NCBI GenBank assembly: GCA_000091165.1
Contig: FP565575.1
Span: forward strand, 1,620,001 to 1,652,000
DNA: 32,000 nucleotides
Source of the DNA: Candidatus Methylomirabilis oxygeniifera
Lineage (GTDB): Bacteria; Methylomirabilota; Methylomirabilia; Methylomirabilales; Methylomirabilaceae
Reading direction: 5' to 3'
Positions 8,070 to 16,320 of this stretch are shown here, piece after piece (the first letter of the stretch is position 1; each line of letters begins with the position of its first letter). Position numbers and translations under genes: made by a program. The notes beneath the pieces are model-generated. The model was not told the DNA's origin, did not search any database, and saw only the letters and a list, made by a program, of their open reading frames with translations.

Positions 8070-9245
8070 TCACAACCACCTCAACAGATCGTACTTCAGC
8101 CAGCCGAAGCTTCGCGCAAGCGCCAGACCGGGACCCACTGGACCGAGCCAAATAAAGGCCCATCCCACAAACAATCCGGCGATGCCGGACGTGATAAGTG
8201 CAGCGAGAAAGCAACCGGCGATGACGAGCCTCTCGAACCGTGCCAGGTACCGATCGTTAATGCCACCGGCCGCATGCTGGCTGTGCCCACGATAGACCCA
8301 CCTGGTGGGCGCCCTCACAATCCACGGCGTGATAATAGCCCACGCCAGAAACCCAAGCACGACCACAATGAGATCCTTCTCAGGCATAATATCATTGATC
8401 CCGGCGAGAACCATAAAGGATAGGAGCGTGGTCCACACGAGCGTGAGCAGCGCCTTCATGTATCGCAGAACGAGACGCTTGAGGTTCAGATTATGACGAA
8501 TCAGCGACAGTTCAGTTTTTGCCACCTCCGTAACCAGGTCATGGTTGTATGCGCCGGCAAGACCGAACGCCGCGCACAAGGCGGATCGATCGTCTTCATG
8601 ATCTGTCGGACACTCCTCGAGCCACGAATCATCAGGAAGCGCTACCTGCTTTTCCTCCTCTTCCTCTTCTCTTTCCTTTTCTATAAGGGCTTTGAACCAA
8701 TGCTTGTCTTTATGTACGTGAGGGAGGACGGAGTGCTTCAGTGACGATCCGAACTGAATCGCACGAAGCTGTTTTTTCAGATCCGAGGGTTCATCATCAC
8801 TAAAGGGTATCGCTGTCAGCGAAAACCTGGGATGGAATATCGGCTTATCGGTTTTCCCGAGAGCTACATTTTTAGGGGTATTGACGCTGAAGTAGAACAA
8901 CGTCAGATCTTGAAGCAAAAGCCAGAGCGCATAGACAGGGATCGTGTAGGCGATCACCACGGGAAGACCGAGCGCGATGACGATAAGAAGAGACGGGAGG
9001 TTCCACTGCACCGACAGCATGGGAACGGCTTTATTGATGACACCGAATACCTGAACAGGCGCGTCTCGAAGGAATGTCGGCAGCAGCAACAATAGGCCCG
9101 CACCGCCCAGGAACGCCCCCGCGATGCGGTGCATCGTGGAGAGCCTGACCTCTGCGCGCTGAAGGTAGGCGCGAAGCGCATTCTTATTATCCGGTGCGGT
9201 CGTTTTACTGGACATGCGTTTTTCCTCATTCATCGTGCTACCCAA
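8070..9245 (-). CDS. Hypothetical multi-pass membrane protein with an acidic cytoplasmic insert
   Basis: 391 aa with about 5 hydrophobic helices in two clusters. A roughly 150-aa hydrophilic region containing EKEREEEEEEKQ separates the clusters. I recognise no family. It is more A/T-rich than the flanks (by eye). Confidence 0.7.
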   Translation of the reverse strand: MGSTMNEEKRMSSKTTAPDNKNALRAYLQRAEVRLSTMHRIAGAFLGGAGLLLLLPTFLRDAPVQVFGVINKAVPMLSVQWNLPSLLIVIALGLPVVIAYTIPVYALWLLLQDLTLFYFSVNTPKNVALGKTDKPIFHPRFSLTAIPFSDDEPSDLKKQLRAIQFGSSLKHSVLPHVHKDKHWFKALIEKEREEEEEEKQVALPDDSWLEECPTDHEDDRSALCAAFGLAGAYNHDLVTEVAKTELSLIRHNLNLKRLVLRYMKALLTLVWTTLLSFMVLAGINDIMPEKDLIVVVLGFLAWAIITPWIVRAPTRWVYRGHSQHAAGGINDRYLARFERLVIAGCFLAALITSGIAGLFVGWAFIWLGPVGPGLALARSFGWLKYDLLRWL

Positions 9246-9330
9246 CGAGGCTACGGGTTAGCGGCAGTCAGAAGACGGATGGGATACGCCCCGCTCCCGA
9301 TGCGCAACGCACAACGTCCGCATCACCGGT

Positions 9331-9774
9331 CTAGTGTGAGCGGTGCGCTTTACCGCGTCCGGCTCTACGCTGTTGCTGGGTCTTTAGTTTCTCCCAGAAC
9401 TGCCTCGGAGAGAGGATCACGAGATTCTCGACGTGACCGATATTCAAGAGCTCCTGGTCACCTGTCACGAACACATCGGCTCCAGCCGATATCGCCGCCG
9501 ACAGAATGAGCAGGTCATGCTGATCTTCGATGTCGACCCCAGGCGGTTGGTTCGGCTGCGCCAGCACACTCTCGTGCTGCAATAGCTCAATGAAATCAGC
9601 GATCAAGTCTTGCGGGACACCGAACTTACTCCGTAAGACACGTCTCAGCTCGCTCAGCACGTGTGCGGAAGTCAGAAGCTCATGTGAAGCCAGCACCTCG
9701 CGCAGCACGTCTGCGCACAGTCCGCGAGTTGCCGCTGCACTGGCCAAGACATTAGTATCCAGGAAAACCCTCAC
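9331..9774 (-). CDS. vapC: PIN-domain toxin (VapC-like)
   Basis: It has the N-terminal MRVFLDTNVL... PIN signature and further acidic residues (DIEDQHDL, TGDQEL). A 4-nt ATGA overlap links it to the upstream antitoxin gene. Confidence 0.85.
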   Translation of the reverse strand: MRVFLDTNVLASAAATRGLCADVLREVLASHELLTSAHVLSELRRVLRSKFGVPQDLIADFIELLQHESVLAQPNQPPGVDIEDQHDLLILSAAISAGADVFVTGDQELLNIGHVENLVILSPRQFWEKLKTQQQRRAGRGKAHRSH

Positions 9775-9992
9775 GATACCTTGACGAACACGTCTTCGTC
9801 CGTCAGGTACCCACGCGCCTCCGCAAACGGCATGATCTTGCGCCGCAATGCCTCGAACTGGCTGATCCGAAGCTGGCGACGAAGGGCCTCTCGGGCGACC
9901 TCGCTCCGGTTTCTTCCTGACCGACGACTCGCCTTGGTCAATAGGTCGTCCAGATCCTTATCAAGTCTGATGGTGAGGCTGCTTGTTTTCAT
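9771..9992 (-). CDS. vapB: Ribbon-helix-helix (CopG/RHH) antitoxin
   Basis: Using ATG 9992, the product begins MKTSSLTIRLDKDLDDLLTKASRRSGRNRSEVAREALRRQL, a typical RHH fold sequence. It is translationally coupled to the PIN gene. Confidence 0.8.
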   Translation of the reverse strand: MKTSSLTIRLDKDLDDLLTKASRRSGRNRSEVAREALRRQLRISQFEALRRKIMPFAEARGYLTDEDVFVKVS

Positions 9993-10049
9993 GTCATACA
10001 CTGTAGGACACTTCGGTTGTAGTGTCAATGATAGTATTCGGCTCAACGG

Positions 10050-10113
10050 GGCTGCGGATCAGCGGTGAGCGGAGGCGCGAGCAAGCTCGCGTGGACGACT
10101 GTCCGCCGCAGCC
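10050..10113. repeat. Nested GC-rich palindrome (REP-like or terminator) between the hsdR remnant and vapB
   Basis: The outer arms are ggctgcgg (10050-10057) / ccgcagcc (10106-10113). The inner hairpin is gcgagc-aa-gctcgc. Confidence 0.4.
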
Positions 10114-10140
10114 GCTTAATGGGCACCTCTTCTCCCCGCG

Positions 10141-10644
10141 TTACGCCGCCTTTGCCGTGGCTCGAACGGCCTCCAGTGTGGACAGCAGTTCGTCGAGCTG
10201 GACCATGCTGAACAGTCCATCCGGACCACGCGGCGTAAGATCGGTGAACGGCGACTCGTACAGCGCGCCGGGCTCGACAATACCATGCTCCGTCAAGTGA
10301 TCCACGACTAGGTTAATGAACTCGATCTGATTCGCCGATAGCGCCTTGCCCACGATGAAGCTCGCCATGGCGTCCTTGGCTGCCCCGCGATCCAACCCGA
10401 CGAGTGAACGCACGAAGCTGTAGAGCACGAGCGAAGCGTTAGGCAGGTGGGCCGAGAGCGCGTCCAGCCGACCGAGCGCTACCAGCGCATCGTCGAAGCG
10501 GCGCCGCAGTGCGGACGACCACACAATCGGCGGGTCGGGCGGCAACGCCGCCGGTACGAACGCGCGAAAGCGCTCGCCGGCTGTGGCCATCTCGACGTAG
10601 ATTCCGGGTGGGGATCTGCGCATGGAGTGAACATCCTCAAACAA
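10141..10644 (-). pseudogene. Chimeric remnant: Fic N-terminal domain fragment fused to the C-terminal domain of a type I restriction R subunit (HsdR/EcoEI_R_C-like)
   Basis: The N-terminal part, PPGIYVEMATAGERFRAFVPAALPPDPPIVW...LGRLDALSAHLPNASLVLYSFVR, matches the Fic_N pattern, but no HxFx(D/E)GNGR core follows. From SLVGLDRGAAKDAMASFIVGKALSANQIEFINLVVDHLTEHGIVEPGALYESPFTDL it matches the HsdR C-terminal domain pattern. Family assignment is from memory. Confidence 0.55.
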
Positions 10645-10775
10645 GAACTTCTGTTATTTTAACTTCGTTGTGTAACATAAATCAATGAGACCCTTTGGTT
10701 CAGCTTCCAGCGGTCGGCCCGCTCGCTGGAGGAAGGCGGACTGACTCATGCCTTTACGGGTACGGAGACGGACTT

Positions 10776-10828
10776 GTCACAGTTTGGTGTCACAGCTTGT
10801 CATAGCTCCGCGTCACAGTCTGTCACAG
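10776..10828. repeat. Array of five GTCA(C/T)AG heptamers with alternating 13/10-nt phasing
   Basis: Copies lie at 10776, 10789, 10799 (gtcatag), 10812 and 10822. The last copy overlaps the fic stop codon. Confidence 0.6.
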
Positions 10829-11893
10829 CGACTTACCTTTGGCGGGTACATACTGTCGGTTCGGATCGGTTAATGCGGCACCCACCACCTCCAGTAACCC
10901 TTTCTCGACCAAGGATTGCAGATCGCGCTGAAGCGAGCGGCGGCTGACATCCGGAAATCGCGGCTCCAGCTCGCCGAGTGAAAGTATGCCCGCCGCATGG
11001 ACCTCTACCAGCACCGCGCCCTGGCGCCCCGTCAACCGATGGTGACGCGCCAGTAATTCAGCCCGGACGACCGCGATATCCCGCTCCTTGACCTCCTCAA
11101 GCTGAGATGCCAGCCCATGAACGAAGTACTCCAACCAGCCGGTCATGTCCATGCCGTGCTCGCGCACCCCTTGAAGGGCCGCGTAGAACGGGCCCCGGTC
11201 GCGATCGTAGAACTCGCTCAACGCGAACAGACGTTTGAAGTCATAGCCCGCGCGGTACAGGCAGAGCATCGACAGCAATCGGGAGGTACGCCCGTTGCCG
11301 TCCTTGAACGGATGGATGTGCACAAGCTGGAACTGCGCGATGCCGGACACCAATACCGGGTGCACGCCGGTATCCGCGCGCAACCATTCTACAAGCTCGC
11401 GCATCAGCGGCGGTACCTGCTCCGGGGGAGGTGGCGTGTAGATCGCCTCGCGCGTCCGGCTGTTCACGACATAGTTCTGGGTGGTGCGGTAGCGGCCTGG
11501 ATTGGCCGTGCCTCCGCGCACGCCTTCGACCAGCCGCTTGTGGATCTCGCGGATCAAGCCTTCCGTCACCGGCTCGCCGCTCCCCAGGTAGTCCGAGACC
11601 AAGTTGAAGGCCTCGCGGTAATTGAGTAACTCGCGGACGTCGTCTTTGCTCGCCTCCTTCACCGCCTGGCCGGTCCACAATCGCTCCGCCTGTTCGAGCG
11701 TGAGTTGGGTACCCTCGATGTGCGTCGTGTGATGCGCTTCCAGCAGCAGAGCTCGCGCGCTCATACGCTCGATTAACCCCTCCGAGAGCGTCGCCGCCTC
11801 CAGGAAACCGCGCGCCCGCTCGATAGCCGCGAGCGAGGCCGTGATCGGGTTCGTGATCGTGAATCGCGGTGCAAAGCCGGCCACAGCTACCAC
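10823..11893 (-). CDS. fic: Fic family protein (AMPylase-type) with C-terminal winged-helix region
   Basis: The Fic motif [14 protein letters not shown] is present. The N-terminal [23 protein letters not shown] is typical of this class. The start is GTG 11893 (or GTG 11884) and overlaps the stop of the upstream hsdM stub. Confidence 0.9.
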   Translation of the reverse strand: MVAVAGFAPRFTITNPITASLAAIERARGFLEAATLSEGLIERMSARALLLEAHHTTHIEGTQLTLEQAERLWTGQAVKEASKDDVRELLNYREAFNLVSDYLGSGEPVTEGLIREIHKRLVEGVRGGTANPGRYRTTQNYVVNSRTREAIYTPPPPEQVPPLMRELVEWLRADTGVHPVLVSGIAQFQLVHIHPFKDGNGRTSRLLSMLCLYRAGYDFKRLFALSEFYDRDRGPFYAALQGVREHGMDMTGWLEYFVHGLASQLEEVKERDIAVVRAELLARHHRLTGRQGAVLVEVHAAGILSLGELEPRFPDVSRRSLQRDLQSLVEKGLLEVVGAALTDPNRQYVPAKGKSL

Positions 11894-12036
11894 TCCCCCT
11901 GAAAGGCGTCGTCGAGCCTGCGGATGAACAGCAGGTAGGTGATCTGCTCGATCACCTCCAGCGGATTGGAAATGCCCCCGGACCAGAACGCATCCCAGGT
12001 GCGATCGATCTGGCTCTTGATGTCGCCGGTGATCAT
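11887..12036 (-). pseudogene. hsdM: 49-aa stub of a type I R-M / N6-adenine DNA methyltransferase N-terminus (HsdM_N)
   Basis: This ORF is too short for the supplied track. An AAGGA RBS precedes ATG 12036, giving [49 protein letters not shown]. That is the characteristic N-terminus of N6_Mtase/HsdM proteins, truncated before the catalytic domain. Confidence 0.6.
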
Positions 12037-12245
12037 AGTCTGATCCTTGTTAGCGAGGTTATGCGCCGATAAACACCTGAGATGTGCCTAACGGATGGCC
12101 TCTGATCCACTGCTTTACCGACTCATCGCGTTGTTTCGCGCCGATTCTCCTGCCTTTCTAGGGACTTGTCAAGGTTCGACCTATTGGTATGCTATAGTCA
12201 CTGGTACGCGGGGTATCTTCCGGGCGATAAGAACACAGATGATCA

Positions 12246-12755
12246 ATGAAGAATGAAACAGCGATGCGGTTTGTGGCGGATGCGATGTTGGGTCGATTGG
12301 CCACGTGGCTCCGCCTGTCGGGGTACGATACCCTCTATTGGCGGGGCGACGATGCCAGGCTGGTGCGCCTGGTCCTGGCGGAGAACCGGCTGTTGCTGAC
12401 CCGAGACACCCACCTGCCTCCTCGGCTGCCGCCCCATCTGATTTGCTTGATCGAGAGCGATCACTACGATGCGCAACTCGGTCAGGTGGTGGCCCGCTTT
12501 GGGTTGTCGCCACAGATCGGCCGCCTGTGCGCACGATGCAACCTTCCCCTGGAACCGGCTGATAAAACTGCGGTCCGTGCCGAGGTCCCTCCGTTCGTCT
12601 GGCAGACCCAGGAGCGGTTCGCCCGCTGCCCTGGTTGCCTTCGGATCTACTGGGAGGGAACGCATTACGCCCGGATGCTGGAGACGCTTGATCGCTTGCC
12701 TGGCCGGCAGACAGGGGTCGCGGCCATGAGGAAGGAGAACAGCCAATGCGCGTGA
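12246..12755 (+). CDS. Mut7-C RNase domain / DUF82 protein with C-terminal zinc ribbon
   Basis: It has the N-terminus MRFVADAMLGRLATWLRLSGYDT plus CARCN...CPGC...YWEGTHY. The start may be ATG 12264. It overlaps the fmt start by 10 nt. Confidence 0.78.
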   Translation: MKNETAMRFVADAMLGRLATWLRLSGYDTLYWRGDDARLVRLVLAENRLLLTRDTHLPPRLPPHLICLIESDHYDAQLGQVVARFGLSPQIGRLCARCNLPLEPADKTAVRAEVPPFVWQTQERFARCPGCLRIYWEGTHYARMLETLDRLPGRQTGVAAMRKENSQCA

Positions 12756-13681
12756 GCTTCATGGGCACACCCGCGTTCGCCCTGCCATCGCTTACGGCGC
12801 TCATGGCCGCGGGCCACGACATCTGCCTGGTCGTGACCCAACCGGATCGGCCGGCGGGGCGCGGCCGCGTGCCTACCCCCCCACCGGTGAAACTCGCCGC
12901 CCAGGAGCTCGGGCTTCCGATCCTGCAGCCGGAAAAGGTGGGCGAGTCGGCAATTATCTCGGCGTTGCAGGCGGCCCAGCCTGAAGCCATCATCGTTGTC
13001 GCCTACGGTCAGCTTCTGCCGAAGCCGATCCTCACCCTGCCGCCGTATGGTTGCCTCAATCTCCATGCGTCGCTCCTGCCGAAGTATCGTGGTGCGGCGC
13101 CGATCCCACAGGCCATCATCCAAGGAGAGACCGCCACAGGGGTCACCATTATGCAGATTGAGGCGCGGATGGATGCCGGTCCGATCCTCATGCAGCAGCG
13201 CGAGCCTATCGGGCCTCGGGATACCGCCGGGACCGTGGGCGAGCGGCTGGCTGTCATTGGGTCCCAACTGCTGTGCCAGGCCATCGATCAGGTGGCACGC
13301 AAGACAGTCCACCCGATCCCGCAGGACGAGGGTCTTGCGACCTATGCGCCGAAGCTCACCGTCGGCGACACGCATCTGGACTGGGCGCGTGACGCGCGAA
13401 TCCTCGACTGCTTGATTCGTGGCCTGTGTCCCGTGCCGGGTGCCGCGACCAGCTTCGAGGGACGCCGTGTGAAGGTGCTGGAAGCCACGGTGGAGGCAGT
13501 AGTCGACCCCTCTCCCGGCACCGTATGTGCAGTCGATCAGAAAAAGGGGATCCTGATAGCCGCCAGGTCCGGAGGCCTGTGGCTTGCACAGGTGCAACCG
13601 GAGAACCGTCGTGTCATGACCGCAGCGGCGTTTGCCAGTGGGTACCGTGTCCGGCCCGGCGACGTATTCGGGCCATCTTAG
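12746..13681 (+). CDS. fmt: Methionyl-tRNA formyltransferase
   Basis: It has MRVSFMGTPAFALPSL and NLHASLLPKYRGAAPI. It is 311 aa and is followed by rsmB. Confidence 0.93.
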   Translation: MRVSFMGTPAFALPSLTALMAAGHDICLVVTQPDRPAGRGRVPTPPPVKLAAQELGLPILQPEKVGESAIISALQAAQPEAIIVVAYGQLLPKPILTLPPYGCLNLHASLLPKYRGAAPIPQAIIQGETATGVTIMQIEARMDAGPILMQQREPIGPRDTAGTVGERLAVIGSQLLCQAIDQVARKTVHPIPQDEGLATYAPKLTVGDTHLDWARDARILDCLIRGLCPVPGAATSFEGRRVKVLEATVEAVVDPSPGTVCAVDQKKGILIAARSGGLWLAQVQPENRRVMTAAAFASGYRVRPGDVFGPS

Positions 13682-13691
13682 AGGCATACAG

Positions 13692-15050
13692 ATGCACGCA
13701 CGGCGGCTCGCATTCGAGATATTAACCCAAGTAGAGGAGCAGCAGGCCTACGCTAGCCTGCTGCTGGACGCCAAGTTAAAACAGGCCCGCCTCTCGCAAC
13801 AGGATCGGGCGCTGGCAACCGAATTAACGTACGGCGTCCTCCGCTGGCAGGGTCGTCTCGACTACCTGTTGGCCGCCGTGACCGACCGCCCCTGGGACAG
13901 GGTCGATCCGGCTCTGCGCCGCCTGCTGCGTCTTGGCGCCTATCAGATACTCTTTTTAACGCGTGTTCCGGCCTATGCCGCCGTGAACGAGACCGTCGCC
14001 CTGGCCCAGGATGTCATGCGCAGTCAACTCAAGCCTGTTGCCAAAGCCTTCGTCAATGCGATTTTGCGTCGATTGTTGGAGCGGCATGCAACGATCCGCT
14101 TTCCTGATCCGTCCGGCGATCCGGTCGGCGCCCTCGCTGCGCGCTGGTCACACCCGTCCTGGCTGGTCGCCCGATGGCTGAAACGGCTGGGACCGGAGGA
14201 AACCGAGGCGCTGCTCAAGGCCAACAATGATACTTCGGCGCTATCAGTCATGGTCAACCTCGTCAAGCGTCAGCCTGAGGAGGTCCAGGAGCGCCTTACC
14301 CGCATCGCGGGATCGGTGACGCCTGGCCGCTTCGTCTCGGGCGCTTTTCACCTCAACGATGGCGCCGAGGCGCTGCGGGACCCGGCATTTGCGGACGGCT
14401 GGTACTTCCCGATGGATGAGGCGGCGGCCTTGCCAGTTCTTATGCTGAATCCCCAACCTGGCGACGTCGTGTTGGATGCCTGCTCCGGCGGCGGCGGGAA
14501 GACGGCCTTGCTCCTGGGACGGCTCGGCGGACAAGGGAGAGTGATCGCGCTCGACCCGAGCGCTCGCGCTCACCGGCGCCTCCGAGAGGCCAGGACGCGC
14601 CTGTCTCTTGATCGAGTCTTCCCGGTCCAGGCTGATGCCAGGCAGGCCGCGCAGCTCTTCACGCGCCAGGTGGACAGGATTTTGGTCGATGCGCCGTGCA
14701 GCGGCCTCGGCACCTTGAGACGCCATCCCGAGCGGAGGTGGCAGCAGCAAGAGGCAGGCTTAGCAGCCTTGGCGCGCCTGCAACTTGAGCTGCTGCATGG
14801 TGTCGCGCCGGTACTTAGGCCTGGTGGGTTCCTGGTCTATAGTACCTGTTCGCTTGAACCGGAGGAGACCGACGTCGTGGTCGAGACGTTTCTGCGCGAC
14901 TTCCCGGAGTTTGTCGCCGCTGATACCAGCGGCGGGCTTCCTGCAACGGTCGCAGGGCTGATCGATTCCAAGGGCGCCCTTCGCACCTGGCCGCACCGGC
15001 ACGGACTCGACGGCTTCTACGCTATTCGGCTCCGTAGGCGGGACAGATGA
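13692..15050 (+). CDS. rsmB: 16S rRNA (cytosine967-C5)-methyltransferase RsmB/Sun
   Basis: It has a NusB-like N-terminal domain (RRLAFEILTQVEE...) and SAM MTase motifs (LDACSGGGGKT, DAPCSGLGTLRRHPE, YSTCSLEPEE). I prefer ATG 13692 over the ORF's upstream extension. Confidence 0.9.
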   Translation: MHARRLAFEILTQVEEQQAYASLLLDAKLKQARLSQQDRALATELTYGVLRWQGRLDYLLAAVTDRPWDRVDPALRRLLRLGAYQILFLTRVPAYAAVNETVALAQDVMRSQLKPVAKAFVNAILRRLLERHATIRFPDPSGDPVGALAARWSHPSWLVARWLKRLGPEETEALLKANNDTSALSVMVNLVKRQPEEVQERLTRIAGSVTPGRFVSGAFHLNDGAEALRDPAFADGWYFPMDEAAALPVLMLNPQPGDVVLDACSGGGGKTALLLGRLGGQGRVIALDPSARAHRRLREARTRLSLDRVFPVQADARQAAQLFTRQVDRILVDAPCSGLGTLRRHPERRWQQQEAGLAALARLQLELLHGVAPVLRPGGFLVYSTCSLEPEETDVVVETFLRDFPEFVAADTSGGLPATVAGLIDSKGALRTWPHRHGLDGFYAIRLRRRDR

Positions 15051-15631
15051 GACTCCTCCGACTGATTGGCAAAGGACTGGCGTGGGCCATAATCCTGACC
15101 GCAGTGGCTGTCGTGAGCGGCGCCATCACGGTGTGGTTTGCTACCGAAAAGGATAAGGTCCAGCTTCCGCGCGTAATCGGAATGGACGCCACGGCGGCGC
15201 TCGAACTGCTGCGCGAGCAGGGGCTCCAGCCGAAGGTGAGCGGCCGGGAGTATAACGAGAAGATTCCGAAGGATGCCGTCCTGTTCCAACGGCCGGCCAG
15301 TGGCTCGTGGGTGCAGACAAACAGCGAGGTCCGTTTGGTGGTCAGTCAAGGGGGCGATGCAGTGGCGCTTCCGCCTCTCGCCGGGCTGCCCCTACCTGAG
15401 GCTCAGCAGCTTCTCCAGCGATATGGCTTCACCCTTGGCCGGGTAGCGAAGGTTCATTCGTCGGAGCGGCCGAATGGAGAGGTGATCACCCAGGATCCCG
15501 AAGCCGGCGCCATCGTCCGGAGGGGAAGCCCGGTTGCCGTCCTACTGAGCCTTGGCCCGCTTGAGGAGCCGCCTCCCGCACTCACATTGCCTTCCTTGAG
15601 CCTGCGCGAACCGCACAGCACGAAACGATGA
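15047..15631 (+). CDS. Membrane-anchored protein with two PASTA domains (no kinase or PBP domain)
   Basis: An N-terminal TM segment is followed by two PASTA-like repeats (PRVIGMDATAALELLREQGLQPKV..., LPPLAGLPLPEAQQLLQRYGFTLGRV...). An ATGA overlap links it to rsmB. Confidence 0.78.
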   Translation: MRLLRLIGKGLAWAIILTAVAVVSGAITVWFATEKDKVQLPRVIGMDATAALELLREQGLQPKVSGREYNEKIPKDAVLFQRPASGSWVQTNSEVRLVVSQGGDAVALPPLAGLPLPEAQQLLQRYGFTLGRVAKVHSSERPNGEVITQDPEAGAIVRRGSPVAVLLSLGPLEEPPPALTLPSLSLREPHSTKR

Positions 15632-15741
15632 GATGTTCGGCGTCTTGAAGCTGACCTTATACCCGACGAGTTATAAGTGGCGGTTCATCCCGGTCGCCGG
15701 AGGATAATTCACAGATGCGGGTACGGGGCGATGCCACCAGC

Positions 15742-15771
15742 TTGACACGGTGGCGGATCGATTGATACACT
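15742..15771 (+). promoter_or_regulatory. Candidate sigma70 promoter for the small ORF and czcCBA-like operon
   Basis: TTGACA (15742-15747), an 18-nt spacer, then TACACT (15766-15771). This is a motif match only. Confidence 0.3.
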
Positions 15772-15849
15772 CTTTCCCATGCGTGATGTGGGTAGAGTTG
15801 CTCGGCTCCCGCTTGGGCGACGAGCGAACACTTGGGGGGCTAGGCTTCC

Positions 15850-16188
15850 GTGATAAGTCGTGGTCAAAGAGCTTTTGCTCTTGCCTTTACGTTACTCGTT
15901 GTGTACATGGGATCACCAGGCATTCATATGGAAATTATCGGTTCCCACGATCATTCCCATTCGATCCCTCTCGAGAACCAACCTGCCGCTCACCGCTCGC
16001 ATAGGAACCTGCCTGAACAAACAAGCCAACCGATTCCTCACTGCGATCTCGAGGTGAACCAAGCAGCCAATTCACCCTCGTTTACTTTAGATCCACCAGG
16101 ATGCGTCGAGCAGTGTAACGCTCGGCCTGCGCCTTCCCCCTCTTCCATCACGTTGGATCCACCTTTTCTACCCCCTCGCCAGGCGTAG
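15850..16188 (+). CDS. Small His-rich membrane-anchored protein upstream of the RND efflux operon (hypothetical)
   Basis: It starts at GTG. It has an N-terminal hydrophobic helix, then SHDHSHS...AHRSHR...PHC, then an internal repeat FTLDPPGC / ITLDPPFL. Its coding status is less certain than for the other small ORFs. Confidence 0.45.
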   Translation: MISRGQRAFALAFTLLVVYMGSPGIHMEIIGSHDHSHSIPLENQPAAHRSHRNLPEQTSQPIPHCDLEVNQAANSPSFTLDPPGCVEQCNARPAPSPSSITLDPPFLPPRQA

Positions 16189-16320
16189 TTCTCCTTTCCT
16201 TTCTTACGACCGTTTCGTTCGTGACGAGGTGTGAATCGAGCGCCATTGTGATTCTTTCCCCTCACTGCGGACGATCAATCCTCCTGCGGCATATAAGATC
16301 GGCCTATCGTTCGAGGTGTA

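Noticed and set aside
10776-10828. Heptamer array as a CRISPR or other spacer-repeat array
   Set aside because: The repeats are only 7 nt long with 3-6-nt gaps. No cas genes and no CRISPR-length repeats or spacers occur anywhere in the window.
11869-12072. Plus-strand 67-aa ORF upstream of fic
   Set aside because: The opposite strand encodes a recognisable HsdM N-terminal stub with an RBS. The plus-strand product has no features.
12166-12198. TTGTCA ... TATAGT promoter upstream of the Mut7-C/fmt genes
   Set aside because: The spacer is 21 nt, too long for a standard sigma70 promoter.
12181-13687. Long minus-strand ORFs (12181..12993, 12665..13687) and similar antisense or shadow ORFs elsewhere (4205..5005+, 5584..6384+, 6865..7521+, 17638..18264-, 18640..19437-, 20448..21398-, 24511..25350+, 27832..28440-, 28130..28795-, 29571..30575-, 31222..31896-)
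   Set aside because: They lie opposite or out of frame to genes with strong family signatures. Their products are low-complexity and Arg/Pro/Gly-rich, as expected from stop-codon depletion in GC-rich DNA.
15678-15700. tRNA-like T-arm (ggcggttcatcccggtcgccgg)
   Set aside because: The flanks of the GGTTCAtCC-like loop do not base-pair into a T stem. No acceptor or anticodon arms can be built.
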